Virus record (IMG/VR): IMGVR_UViG_3300024520_000341
Span: 1 to 30,761 of that record
Source: a virus
Lineage: Duplodnaviria > Caudoviricetes
Strand: one strand, 5' to 3'
DNA length: 30,761 nucleotides
Positions within the stretch are counted from its first letter, which is position 1; each line of letters opens with the position of its first letter. The notes beneath the pieces were generated by a model. It saw only the letters and a program-made list of their open reading frames with translations. It had not been told where the DNA came from and ran no database searches. Position numbers and translations under genes: made by a program. Positions 17,759 to 27,078 of this stretch are shown here, in pieces.

Positions 17759-18466
17759 ATGCTTAATGACAATCTAATTACTCGGTTCCAGAACGGAATC
17801 ACTAACAACGCAGTAAACAACATTTTCAGTTCGCTTCCGATGCCAGACCCGACGAAGCTCCAGATTTTCCACGACGACTTTCACAGGTACGTCGCTGGCG
17901 ACTGGACTATTACGACTACGGAAGCTGGAGCTGGCGCTGCTACCGAGGCGCTGACCGATGCAAACGGCGGTCGACTTCTCGTTACTAACGATGACGCCGA
18001 TGACGACGCTGACTTCTTCAACAAGGTCGGTGAGAGTTTCTTGTTCGCTACTGGCAAGAAAGCCTTCTTCAAGGCTCTCCTCCAGGTTAGCGACGCGACT
18101 CAGTCTGACTTCGTAGTTGGTCTGCAGATTACGGATACGACTCCGCTCGCAGTTACTGACGGCGTCTACTTCCGCAAAGACGACGGCGATACTGATCTAG
18201 ACTTCCTAGCCATCAAGGACAGCACTGCTGTCACGGCTTCTGCAATCTCAACTGTCGTCGACGCGACTGACTTGGAGATCGGCTTCTACTGGGATGGTAT
18301 CGATCGTATCTGGTACTCAGTTGGTGGAACTGTTCTCGGCAGCATCACGCCTGACACCAGTCTTCCGGATGATGAGCTTCTTACCGTATCGTTCGGAATT
18401 CAGAACGGCGCGGCAGCAGCGAAGACGATGACGATCGATTACATCTTCGCAGCGATGGAGCGATAG
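17759..18466 (+). CDS. Virion structural protein (post-capsid, beta-rich)
   Basis: TRFQNG.TN start, FHDDF..Y..GDWTIT, C-terminal MTIDYIFAAMER; GGAG SD; follows the capsid gene. Confidence 0.65.
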   Translation: MLNDNLITRFQNGITNNAVNNIFSSLPMPDPTKLQIFHDDFHRYVAGDWTITTTEAGAGAATEALTDANGGRLLVTNDDADDDADFFNKVGESFLFATGKKAFFKALLQVSDATQSDFVVGLQITDTTPLAVTDGVYFRKDDGDTDLDFLAIKDSTAVTASAISTVVDATDLEIGFYWDGIDRIWYSVGGTVLGSITPDTSLPDDELLTVSFGIQNGAAAAKTMTIDYIFAAMER

Positions 18467-18496
18467 CAGCTCTCTTAACCCGTAGGAGGGCATACT

Positions 18497-19489
18497 ATGA
18501 GACCTATACGACAAACACGTCAGCTAGACACTGCGGATGCTGATGGAGTCTCGGCTGCAGAAAGTCTTCTTGCGGCTGGAGATCTTACGATTGGCGGCGC
18601 TTTCGCGTCTGGAGGTGTCGCCACTTTAGATGCGCAGAGGCAAGTTCTGCTCACGTCCGGTGAAAATCTGTCGGCTGTCACGTTTACTATAACTGGGACC
18701 GACGAACAAGGTCGTGTCATAACGGAGGACGTTACAGGTCCGAATGCTGGGACAGCCGTGTCTGTACTGGACTACATGACAGTTACCCAGATAGCCGCGT
18801 CAGCCGCGTTCGGAGTTGTAGCAACTGGAGTTCTCACTCTGGCAGCGAACGCAGTCGCAGACGAGACCGTCACCATTGGGACTCAGGTGTACACTTGGAA
18901 GGCTGCGCCGTCTGCTGCCAACGAAGTTGACATCGGCGGTTCTGCCTCCGTATCCATAGACAACCTCATTGCCGCGATCAACAACGACGCGGGTGAGGGG
19001 ACTCTGTACGGAACCGGGACAACTGCCAACACGGATGCCAGTGCGGCGGCCGGAGCGGGCGATACGATGGACTTGACGTCCCTCATCGCAGGCACAGCAG
19101 GAAACGCGGTCGCTACGACGGAGACCATGACCCAAGGATCGTTCGGGGCAGTTGTCCTGGAGAACGGTTCGGATGCTCTCACTGTTGGAACGAACGGTGT
19201 CGGCGGGTCTATACCAATCCCCATTGACCAGTATCAATCTCCGACCAACATCGGCATCGGGCTGGACATCACGGGAACTGTCAACGTCGATGTGGAGCAC
19301 ACGTTTGACGACGTGTTCGACGGTAACGCTTCGGCGATTCGAACTTGGTACGATCACGACACACTGGCAGCCGAGACCGCTGACGTTGATGGCAACTACG
19401 CCTTCCCGCCGACGGCCATTCGTCTTAGAACTAACTCGGGCGATGGGACTTGTGTGATGTCTGTCATACAGTCTGGCGCTATAGGGTAG
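18497..19489 (+). CDS. Virion structural protein with an apparent inserted domain
   Basis: Ala/Thr/Gly-rich; TFTITGTDEQG..ITE.VTGPN, a central TVTIG..VYT...NLIAAIN segment, C-terminal NYAFPPTAIRL; AGGAGG SD. Confidence 0.65.
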   Translation: MRPIRQTRQLDTADADGVSAAESLLAAGDLTIGGAFASGGVATLDAQRQVLLTSGENLSAVTFTITGTDEQGRVITEDVTGPNAGTAVSVLDYMTVTQIAASAAFGVVATGVLTLAANAVADETVTIGTQVYTWKAAPSAANEVDIGGSASVSIDNLIAAINNDAGEGTLYGTGTTANTDASAAAGAGDTMDLTSLIAGTAGNAVATTETMTQGSFGAVVLENGSDALTVGTNGVGGSIPIPIDQYQSPTNIGIGLDITGTVNVDVEHTFDDVFDGNASAIRTWYDHDTLAAETADVDGNYAFPPTAIRLRTNSGDGTCVMSVIQSGAIG

Positions 19490-19502
19490 GAGGTTAACAG
19501 AG

Positions 19503-20048
19503 ATGGGACTTAACAGTAGAGGTAATTTCTCGGAGCTTCAATTGCTCTCGGACCCGGCTAAACTTAAAGCCCGAATAGACAGCCTGGAGGCTGCTCAGAA
19601 GTCAGCGGACGAAGCTGTAGCCCTGGTCGGACCCGCCAATGAGATTGCTCAGATGCGAGCTCAGGCGGAGCAGGCTCTTTCTAAGGCGCGGGAAACTTTG
19701 GACCGCGCTGAGGCGGAAGCGGAGAAGCTTTTAGAGTCTGCTCACTCTGAGGCGGCAGCTATTTTAGGCGATGCTCAGAGTAGGAGCGACGCAATCAATG
19801 CGGAATCAGAATCTGTCAAGGCTGAGTCCAAGTCTACGCTGGCCGATGCCAAACGTATTCTGGCCGATGCCACACGGAAGGACGTAGCTTCTGACGACAG
19901 GAATTCAGACCTGAACAGGCTGTCGGATTCGCTAGCCCAGGAAGCGAGCGTTCTTCAGGAGGGTCAGGCTGCTCTAACTCTAAGGACGGAGCACGTCAAT
20001 TCTCTGACCACTGAGTTCGTCAGTCAGCTCTCGAGCTCAGCGGACTAG
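19503..20048 (+). CDS. Coiled-coil hypothetical protein
   Basis: Ala/Glu/Ser-rich heptad pattern; AGGAGGT SD. Confidence 0.65.
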   Translation: MGLNSRGNFSELQLLSDPAKLKARIDSLEAAQKSADEAVALVGPANEIAQMRAQAEQALSKARETLDRAEAEAEKLLESAHSEAAAILGDAQSRSDAINAESESVKAESKSTLADAKRILADATRKDVASDDRNSDLNRLSDSLAQEASVLQEGQAALTLRTEHVNSLTTEFVSQLSSSAD

Positions 20049-20094
20049 CCCGATGTCTCGTCTTTTTCACGTTCAGAATCTCAGGTATTAGGGC

Positions 20095-20769
20095 ATGGCT
20101 GTCTCCATACTTGATGCCTGGGATTCGGCTGTGTCCAATGTGCTGGATAAGGCTAGCAACCCCTCCGGCGATCACACTATCAGTTCTGCCAATGATCGCT
20201 TTCACATTGCGATTGTTACTCGGCAGGCGAACAACGAGAACGTCATCACATACACGGTTGGAGGTCAGTCGGCGACTGTGAGTGGGCACCGCTTCTTCGA
20301 AAACGGGACGAACGACTTCACCACTGATATACTCGCGTGGAACGAGGCGGCGATTGCAGCGATGGTGGGAACAACTGTAAGTTACAGTGATACGCATAGC
20401 AATACTCAAATGTGTCACACATTCGCGACGTTCCAAGACTGCGACCAGGATGATCCGATCTTTACAGGAAACGATCAGGCAGAAGGGACTACGCTGGCCA
20501 TCGTGACGACCAGCGATCCAGGTGACATGATTATCTCTGCACACATGGCTCAGAGCGCAAACAGAGCTCCACTAACTTACGATACACTCTCGGAACAGTT
20601 GGAGAACAGCGTCAGCGGCAGCGCGCACGGAGTAGCTCACGGCGATGGAGGAGATGACCTCACTACGTTAGGTAACGACGGGTTTGACAGTGAGATGTCA
20701 GGAATGTGCGTTGTATTGAAGGCTCTGGGATCGGGTGGCAATTTCTTAACACTACTTGGAGTTGGATAA
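20095..20769 (+). CDS. Putative virion accessory beta-sandwich protein
   Basis: Beta-rich, with ITYTVGGQSAT resembling the 6712 protein; ends GGNFLTLLGVG; coupled to the next gene by TAATG. Confidence 0.55.
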   Translation: MAVSILDAWDSAVSNVLDKASNPSGDHTISSANDRFHIAIVTRQANNENVITYTVGGQSATVSGHRFFENGTNDFTTDILAWNEAAIAAMVGTTVSYSDTHSNTQMCHTFATFQDCDQDDPIFTGNDQAEGTTLAIVTTSDPGDMIISAHMAQSANRAPLTYDTLSEQLENSVSGSAHGVAHGDGGDDLTTLGNDGFDSEMSGMCVVLKALGSGGNFLTLLGVG

Positions 20770-22964
20770 TGGCCGACGATGTTGAACTAAACGCCGGATC
20801 AGGCGGCGACACAATAGCAGCCGATGAGATTGGAGGTAAAAAGCACCAACGGGTTAAAGTTCAGCATGGGGCAGATGGTTCTGCGACAGATGTAAGTGCC
20901 GCGAGTCCTTTGCCTGTATCTTCCGCTTCTCTGCCTCTCCCAACTGGAGCAGCCACGGCAGCGAAGCAATTGGCTGACGGTCACGCGGTAATCCTATCTG
21001 CTAACGATGGCGTGGACATTGGCGACGTTGACGTTACCAGTGTCGTCCCCGGAACCGGAGCGACGAATCTCGGCAAGGCAATCGATAGTGCCGTCGGGGC
21101 GACGGACACTGGCGTTGCTCTGCTCGCCAAGCACAAAGAAGATCAGGTTCATTTAGGCACCGCTGACGATGACTACGATGTTCTGACGATAGACAGTCTT
21201 GGCTCACTGCACGTCAACGCGGAGGCTCACCACATCTTCGACGAACTGGACGTGACGACGGGGTGGACGGTGCTCGGTAACGACACCTTGAACCTCGCCA
21301 CCACAGCGAAGCACGTTATGGGAGTCGCGGCGCTGACGTTCGACAAGGTGAACGGCGCTGCCAACACGATCTTCGCTGGAATACAAAAGACTCTGTCCTC
21401 TGTTGATCTAGGGCAGGTGTCACCGCACGATATTTTGCAGGGATCGTTCTACCTTCCGGACCTGACTGATGTCGCCTACTGCTTTCTCAGACTAGGGACA
21501 GATTCCTCTAATTACAACGAGTGGCGACTACCAGTAGATGTGCTGACCGCTGCGGTATGGGAGACTGGCGCACTCAGTATCGGCGACGCAGACTACGACG
21601 GCATCACTGGCAACGGCATGACATCTGCCGCGATCACGTACATTGCCGTCGGCGTGGCGTTCAATGATGAATCTGACACGTTAGCCGGGATCGTATTTGA
21701 TCAGGTCAGTTACCACACGAACCAGCATACCTCTACATCGATCAACGCCGAGGTGTCGAGTTCTGTCTCCAGTGCGAACATCAACGTACAGAAGGTCGGC
21801 GGCTCTCCGACCACTAAGGGCGCGGGCAACGCGGGCAACGGCAGTCAGCGAGTTGTATTGGCGACGGACGATATAAATACCGCAGCTATCAAGGTGGCAA
21901 CAGAAGCTCTCCAGTCAGGTCAATTGGCTGACGGTCACGCCGTAACTGTAGACAACGCCTCTATAGCCGTTACAGCCGCTTCATTACCGTTACCCAGTGG
22001 TGCAGCAACTTCAGCAGCACAGCTAGCAGACGGACACAACGTTACGGTAGACAATGCTGCCGGGGCGTCAGCGGTCAACATTCAAGACGGCGGCAACTCA
22101 ATTACGGTTGATGGCACTGTCACAGCGGATGCCGGAACGAATCTCAACACTTCTGCTTTGCTTACTACAGCGGCACATGACGCTGCTCTAGGCGTTGCCG
22201 GGACCGCAGACGCTCAAGTGCGAAGTGTTCAGGGCATAGCCAGCATGACGCCGTTACTTGTGGACGCTACGGGGCAGGGCGATGTGCCTATAACTCTAGG
22301 TGGGGAAGCGGTTGTTCTCGGAGCTGGATCGGCAGCGATTGGTAAACTCGCAGCCAATACGGGCGTAGACATTGGCGATGTAGACATTCTCAGTATTGCA
22401 GCCGGTGATAACAATATCGGTAATGTCGATATTGTCACTCTACCAGCGAGTACCAACACACTAGAGGTTGTGGGTGACGTAGCTCACGACGCTGCGGCAG
22501 CGGGTAATCCAGTATTAACGGCAGCTAGGGCAACAGCCTCAGTTGAGGGGCTAACCGAGGTAGCTGCGGCTGATTCGACGTTCATCGCGGCTGATCTAAG
22601 CGGCGTTCAGATAGTTCGACAATGCGTCGTTCCCCAAGAGATCGTCACGTACAGCGTTTCGAATACGGCAGGAACCGAAATAGCAGTCACAGGGTTAGAC
22701 GCTGGTGGCGCGGGGATCCACAACTACGTTTCTTCGATCATCATCCACAACGCACACGCGACGACGATGGGCTTCGTTCAGTTGTTGGACGGTAGTGGCG
22801 GAACTGTACTGGCGACCTTCCCTGCTCCAGCCACGGGAGGAACCGCGATGAGTTTCCCGGTTCCCTTGAAGCAAACGACAGCCAACACCGCTCTGTACTT
22901 CGACGTGAGCGCCGCGATAACTACGATCTACATAACCATCGTTGGCTACCAGGGACAGGGATGA
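20769..22964 (+). CDS. Fibre-like virion protein with internal repeats
   Basis: Likely start is ATG 20769 (MADDVELNAGSGGDTIAADEIGG..HQRVK). Repeats: LPLP(T/S)GAAT x2, QLADGH x3, GVDIGDVD x2 plus NNIGNVD. Confidence 0.65.
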   Translation: MADDVELNAGSGGDTIAADEIGGKKHQRVKVQHGADGSATDVSAASPLPVSSASLPLPTGAATAAKQLADGHAVILSANDGVDIGDVDVTSVVPGTGATNLGKAIDSAVGATDTGVALLAKHKEDQVHLGTADDDYDVLTIDSLGSLHVNAEAHHIFDELDVTTGWTVLGNDTLNLATTAKHVMGVAALTFDKVNGAANTIFAGIQKTLSSVDLGQVSPHDILQGSFYLPDLTDVAYCFLRLGTDSSNYNEWRLPVDVLTAAVWETGALSIGDADYDGITGNGMTSAAITYIAVGVAFNDESDTLAGIVFDQVSYHTNQHTSTSINAEVSSSVSSANINVQKVGGSPTTKGAGNAGNGSQRVVLATDDINTAAIKVATEALQSGQLADGHAVTVDNASIAVTAASLPLPSGAATSAAQLADGHNVTVDNAAGASAVNIQDGGNSITVDGTVTADAGTNLNTSALLTTAAHDAALGVAGTADAQVRSVQGIASMTPLLVDATGQGDVPITLGGEAVVLGAGSAAIGKLAANTGVDIGDVDILSIAAGDNNIGNVDIVTLPASTNTLEVVGDVAHDAAAAGNPVLTAARATASVEGLTEVAAADSTFIAADLSGVQIVRQCVVPQEIVTYSVSNTAGTEIAVTGLDAGGAGIHNYVSSIIIHNAHATTMGFVQLLDGSGGTVLATFPAPATGGTAMSFPVPLKQTTANTALYFDVSAAITTIYITIVGYQGQG
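20967..21940 (+). repeat. Exact 20-bp direct repeat CAATTGGCTGACGGTCACGC (20967-20986 and 21921-21940)
   Basis: Read directly from the sequence; spacing is 954 bp, i.e. 318 codons, so the copies are in frame. Confidence 0.9.
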
Positions 22965-23125
22965 TGCTTCTGTGGTTGACTAACTTGGACTTCGCTGGTG
23001 GCGGGACTGTTGTTCCCGAACTCTCAGGCATCGGGGCTGGAACGATGGGAGGAGACGGCATTGCCGATCCCCTCAATCCAGACAAATTGGGCATTGACAA
23101 CATCAATGCTGTCTTACCGAGTTAA
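22961..23125 (+). CDS. Small hypothetical protein (54 aa)
   Basis: Below the ORF-track cutoff: MMLLWLTNLDFAGGGTVVPELSGIGAG...AVLPS*. ATGA overlap with the fibre stop, and it fills the gap to the next SD. Confidence 0.6.
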   Translation: MMLLWLTNLDFAGGGTVVPELSGIGAGTMGGDGIADPLNPDKLGIDNINAVLPS

Positions 23126-23137
23126 GGATTAAGGACT

Positions 23138-24205
23138 ATGGCAACTAGCGGAACAGTCGGACAAACGGTCTTCTCCTCTCAGATGCTGATCGACCATGTG
23201 TGCCGAAGATGCAGCATCGTCCCTCAGCAGATAACGGCGGAGACGATTCAAACGATCCTGGATTTGCTCCATCTACAGCTATCCGCTCTGTCGTCTGCGA
23301 GCAACCCACTGTGGACTATCGACGAAGTGATCCTTCCTGTTTACGAGAACCAAAGATCAGTTCTTCTGCCGGTCGGGTCTGTGGACGTCATGTCCTTGAA
23401 CCTCAGGCAAGTCACCAGACTCTCCGGGACTTACACGTCATCGGAGGGGACTGCTGCGAATGCTTTCGACGCGGATACGACGACCGCGTGTACTCAGACA
23501 ACTCAGGCCGGAAACATCGCGATGCAGTTGACCAGCGCGGCGCTAGTCGACACTCTTGGCATACGCGCCAACGCGACCGGAACTTGGAGTGTCAGTCTTC
23601 AAGGATCTGAGGATGGAATAACTTACACGACTCTGTTCACGAACGCAGCTCTGTCGGCTGTCAGCGGAGAGTGGTATTGGGTTGACGTAGAAGAGATGAC
23701 GACCCACACGTACTTCCGGCTTCTCGCGAACGGGACTACCGTCCTTGATGTCGCAGAACTCGTGTTCGCCAATTCTCCGCAGGACATACCCATGTACAAG
23801 ATGAACATGGATGACTATTCCAACTTGCCGAACAAGAATTCGTCGGGCCGACCTACTCAGTTCTGGTACGACAAGCAAGCTGCCGGTCAAGGAGTTCAGA
23901 ACGTCGTTACGGTCTGGCCGTTACCGTCTTCGTCGTACATCACGTATCAATACTCTGGGTACGTTAAGAAGCTCATACAAGACGTCGGGACTATGGCGCA
24001 GGAGATTGAGGTTCCTCAACAGTGGCTTGAGGCGATCATCTGCGGTGTCGCGAGGAAGGCATGCCGAGAAATAAAGGAGGCCGACAAATCTCTCATCCCG
24101 CTTCTCGACGCGGACTGGGACAGAGAATCTAAGATCTCCTGGTCTAACGAGAGCGACGGGTCTCCCGTCAAGTTGATGCCGAACTTCCGGGCGTACACGG
24201 CATGA
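23138..24205 (+). CDS. Head-tail connector/adaptor-like protein with inserted discoidin (F5/8-type) domain
   Basis: MATSGT start, NPLWT, DYSNLPNK..SGRPTQFWYD, VWPLP, EIEVPQQWLEAI; insert AANAFDADTTT...LQGSEDG.TYTTL...YFRL. Confidence 0.65.
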   Translation: MATSGTVGQTVFSSQMLIDHVCRRCSIVPQQITAETIQTILDLLHLQLSALSSASNPLWTIDEVILPVYENQRSVLLPVGSVDVMSLNLRQVTRLSGTYTSSEGTAANAFDADTTTACTQTTQAGNIAMQLTSAALVDTLGIRANATGTWSVSLQGSEDGITYTTLFTNAALSAVSGEWYWVDVEEMTTHTYFRLLANGTTVLDVAELVFANSPQDIPMYKMNMDDYSNLPNKNSSGRPTQFWYDKQAAGQGVQNVVTVWPLPSSSYITYQYSGYVKKLIQDVGTMAQEIEVPQQWLEAIICGVARKACREIKEADKSLIPLLDADWDRESKISWSNESDGSPVKLMPNFRAYTA

Positions 24206-24522
24206 GCCGATTCCTCGACCCGACAGGCAAGACAACGTATGGCATCGGCGTCTGCGCCAGATGTCAGAAGAAGATGTCTTTGGATGACTTACATCCGGAC
24301 CCGAACACTCCGGGACTCCTGGTCTGCGAGGCTGACCTGGATGACTACGACCCGTATCGCCTTCCCCCGAAGGCGTACGAAGAAATTCATCTTAGGTTCT
24401 CTCGTCCGGACACGATTATTGATCCTCCGACGACGGAAGTTACGTCCACGACAACCCCAGGCATCTGGGAAGATGGCATTTGGTCTGGCTGGTCTGACGA
24501 TTCTTGGGTCGGAATGCCATGA
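24202..24522 (+). CDS. Small conserved Cys-motif phage protein
   Basis: GVCARC.....L.DL..D.N.PGLLVC...LD.YDPYRLP motif; ATGA coupling. Confidence 0.7.
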   Translation: MSRFLDPTGKTTYGIGVCARCQKKMSLDDLHPDPNTPGLLVCEADLDDYDPYRLPPKAYEEIHLRFSRPDTIIDPPTTEVTSTTTPGIWEDGIWSGWSDDSWVGMP

Positions 24523-24561
24523 CAACTAATTTTTTATATTTACAGACTGGGGAACGTATCA

Positions 24562-24954
24562 GTGAACAGAGTTAGACAACATGGAGCAAGTATCATGATC
24601 TCATCAGTGTTAGGACTTGGGCCGGTATTATTGACAGGTTGGTTACTCACCGGATACATCGACGGTGCAGTTCTGGCTCACCAAGTTGCTGCACACGGGG
24701 ACGGTACTACTCGGTCAGAATTTACTGAGCTGTCGAACAGGGTCGACGCCAACACTGATGCCATTGAGACGGTAGGCGAGAAACAAGATCGAACACTGGA
24801 GTCGTCTTTGCGTAACGAGATACTGGACAACCAGCAGTTCATCTGCATGGGAATCAGCGTTGAGCTCTATCGCTCTGCGCAGGCGCGGGTGCTTGGTGAA
24901 TTCGAAGAGCTCACCGGCAGAGCCTTCCCTGAAGCGATGTTGGTCTGTACTTAG
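24562..24954 (+). CDS. Membrane-anchored protein (holin/antiholin/inner-spanin candidate)
   Basis: N-terminal hydrophobic segment, then a coiled region and two Cys; directly upstream of the endolysin. Start is uncertain. Confidence 0.45.
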   Translation: MNRVRQHGASIMISSVLGLGPVLLTGWLLTGYIDGAVLAHQVAAHGDGTTRSEFTELSNRVDANTDAIETVGEKQDRTLESSLRNEILDNQQFICMGISVELYRSAQARVLGEFEELTGRAFPEAMLVCT

Positions 24955-24964
24955 GGGATTTAAG

Positions 24965-25408
24965 ATGTCCTGGCAATACGGCGAAAGTTCCAGAGCCAAC
25001 CGAGACGGGTGTCGGGCCGAATTGATACACGTTATGAACGTGGGGCTATCTCTGTGTCCGGTTGACGTTGCAATTGTTCGAGGCTGGAGCGGCCAAGATA
25101 CCCAGGATCAGTTGTTTCGCGTCGGAGCGAGTAAGCTCAAATGGCCGAACTCGAAACACAACATCGTCGATGCTAATGGAGATCCGTGGTCCCACGCATT
25201 TGACTTTGGACCGTACGTCAGCGGAGTGGCGATTCCGTGGGAAGATACTCACATATTCGCCCTAGTTGCTGGCGTCTTCATGTCAGCGGCGCTTGATAAT
25301 GGTCTTCGCCTTCGTTGGGGCGGAGACTGGGATATGGATGGATTAACGACGGACCAGACCTTCATGGACTGGGGACATTTGGAACTGTATGAGGAGAGCG
25401 TAAGATGA
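24965..25408 (+). CDS. Endolysin, peptidase M15 family (L-Ala-D-Glu peptidase-like)
   Basis: Start ATG 24965 (MSWQYGESS). Q..LF..GASK..WPNSKHN, SHAFDF.PY, LRWGGDWD.DG and D.GHLEL supply the His/Asp/His zinc motifs. Confidence 0.88.
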   Translation: MSWQYGESSRANRDGCRAELIHVMNVGLSLCPVDVAIVRGWSGQDTQDQLFRVGASKLKWPNSKHNIVDANGDPWSHAFDFGPYVSGVAIPWEDTHIFALVAGVFMSAALDNGLRLRWGGDWDMDGLTTDQTFMDWGHLELYEESVR

Positions 25409-25641
25409 AGATGAATACGATATTGGGAGCTTTGACGGCTTCGCTGATCGGGTTTCTCACTGGGATGATTGCGCTTCTGCAACAGACCGGCGTGAACTCT
25501 CTGGCTGACGTGAACTCTCTGGCGTGGATTATCCTCGCTGTCGGGAGCGCGATATCTTTCCTGAAGGATTTCCAGGCGATCTCCGTTAGGAGACTGATCA
25601 ACGGCGCGACTGGAACCGGGGACGGAGGGGGAAAATTATGA
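25405..25641 (+). CDS. Putative holin (two TM helices)
   Basis: 78 aa with two hydrophobic stretches and a charged C-terminus; overlaps the endolysin stop. Confidence 0.55.
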   Translation: MKMNTILGALTASLIGFLTGMIALLQQTGVNSLADVNSLAWIILAVGSAISFLKDFQAISVRRLINGATGTGDGGGKL

Positions 25642-26054
25642 TTACTCGCAGCAAGAACGCCGCAGCTCTGTGGCTCGTGTGGGCGGTCATGGTTGTGGCA
25701 GCAGGATGCGCGTCCATCAACCCAATGGCGGCGGCAGACACTGCGGAGCAGCGAGCGTTCGCGGCGTACGGGATGTTCGTCGTGTTCTCTGAGAGCGCGG
25801 CAGATCTGGTTGAGAGTGGCCAGCTCAGTGACAACTCGGCACTAAGAATCATAAACGCCGAGGACGACGCGAAGACTGGAATGGACTCTGTCGTCGGAGC
25901 ACTCGAAGAGTACAACGAAATCCGAGCTCAGATAGATTCCGGGGAGACTACCGCAGATCGCTTGGACATAGTAGTGAGGAACTTAGACGACTGGGTCGAC
26001 AACGTGTCGCCGATCCTGAGTTCGTTTGTTAGCATCGTAAGAGAGGAACAGTAA
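25638..26054 (+). CDS. Lipoprotein (spanin candidate)
   Basis: Basic N-terminus, hydrophobic core, lipobox-like VAAGC; helical mature part; within the lysis cluster. Confidence 0.6.
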   Translation: MITRSKNAAALWLVWAVMVVAAGCASINPMAAADTAEQRAFAAYGMFVVFSESAADLVESGQLSDNSALRIINAEDDAKTGMDSVVGALEEYNEIRAQIDSGETTADRLDIVVRNLDDWVDNVSPILSSFVSIVREEQ

Positions 26055-26416
26055 TGGAACACCTTCAACTAATCAGTCTGGCCATCCGCCTGGTCGGGGC
26101 TATAACCAACAACCCCGCACTAGGCGGCGGAAGCGGGATGCGTACGGATCAGATCTCCGAAGTACTCGGAAAGCTCGCGACGCTCGTTAACCTTGGCGAG
26201 AGCGCTGGCGCTGAACTGAAGGTGTTCACAGCCCAGGTTCAGATACTTGCTGACGAGGGGCGAAGTCCTTCTCCTGCTGAGTGGGGAGTTCTCATGGCTC
26301 GCAGTGACGCGGCGCATGGTCGTCTCCAGGCTGTCAAGGAAAAGATTACCGGCAACGATAACGGCAGTAAGAAGAAAAGATCTTCTAAGAAGAAAGTTTC
26401 TAAGAAGTCTAACTAG
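26054..26416 (+). CDS. Hypothetical helical protein with Lys-rich tail
   Basis: TAATG coupling, GAGG SD; ends KKKRSSKKKVSKKSN. Confidence 0.6.
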   Translation: MEHLQLISLAIRLVGAITNNPALGGGSGMRTDQISEVLGKLATLVNLGESAGAELKVFTAQVQILADEGRSPSPAEWGVLMARSDAAHGRLQAVKEKITGNDNGSKKKRSSKKKVSKKSN

Positions 26417-26427
26417 GAGAAACGGAC

Positions 26428-27075
26428 GTGGCTGCGACAATGACATTCACATCGCTCAAGAGCGATATGGCGAAATACTTGGAGCGAGCTGGGGCTGACG
26501 ATACGACGGCAGTCGCGCAGCTCCCCTCGCTCATTAACCTCGCGGAGAGAAACATATCTCGCAGGTTGAAGCTCCAGGGTCTGCTCAGCGTAGCCACGTC
26601 CACGATGGTGGTGGGAACTTCCGTGTACGACAAGCCAGCGCGATGGCGGAAGACCATCAGCATTAACTTTGGGACGAGCACGAACAACGACACCAGAGTT
26701 CATCTGTACCCGAGGTCCTACGAGTATTGCAGGATGTTCCATCCGGATCCTACGGTGGAGATTCAGCCCAAGTTCTACGCGGACTACGACGCGGAGCACT
26801 GGCTGTTCGCTGGAACTCCGGATGCAACGTACCCGTTTGAAATCGTGTACAACGAACTCCCGGAGCTTCTTTCGGGGACCAACGAGTCTAACTGGCTCAC
26901 GGACTTGGCTCCAGAGGTTCTTCTGCCCGTTGCGCTGCACGAGCTTGCGAAGTTCGTCGGTGACGCGGACAACATAGGTCTGTGGGACGCCGAGGCCAAC
27001 AAGAGCTTCGCCGCGATAAACGAGGAAGACCTTCAGAAAATCGTAGATCGAACAAGTACGCGTCAGGAGGCGTAG
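26428..27075 (+). CDS. Tail adaptor (tubular protein A-like)
   Basis: MTFTSLK.D...YLER, INLAERNI.R.LK, PKFYADYD, TPDATY.FEIVY, NWLT..APEVLL; AGGAG SD. Confidence 0.7.
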   Translation: MAATMTFTSLKSDMAKYLERAGADDTTAVAQLPSLINLAERNISRRLKLQGLLSVATSTMVVGTSVYDKPARWRKTISINFGTSTNNDTRVHLYPRSYEYCRMFHPDPTVEIQPKFYADYDAEHWLFAGTPDATYPFEIVYNELPELLSGTNESNWLTDLAPEVLLPVALHELAKFVGDADNIGLWDAEANKSFAAINEEDLQKIVDRTSTRQEA

Positions 27076-27078
27076 ATT

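Noticed and set aside
20053-20094. 12-codon ORF ending in TAG in frame with the 20095 gene; in-frame TAG junctions also at 8590/8600 and 27075/27079, suggesting amber readthrough or recoding
   Set aside because: Conserved genes have no internal TAG, most TAG-ended genes are out of frame with their neighbour, and no suppressor tRNA is visible; this is compatible with chance.
24519-24575. T TTT TTA slippery heptamer in a short ORF before the membrane-protein gene
   Set aside because: A -1 shift hits TGA within about ten codons and does not join the downstream ORF.
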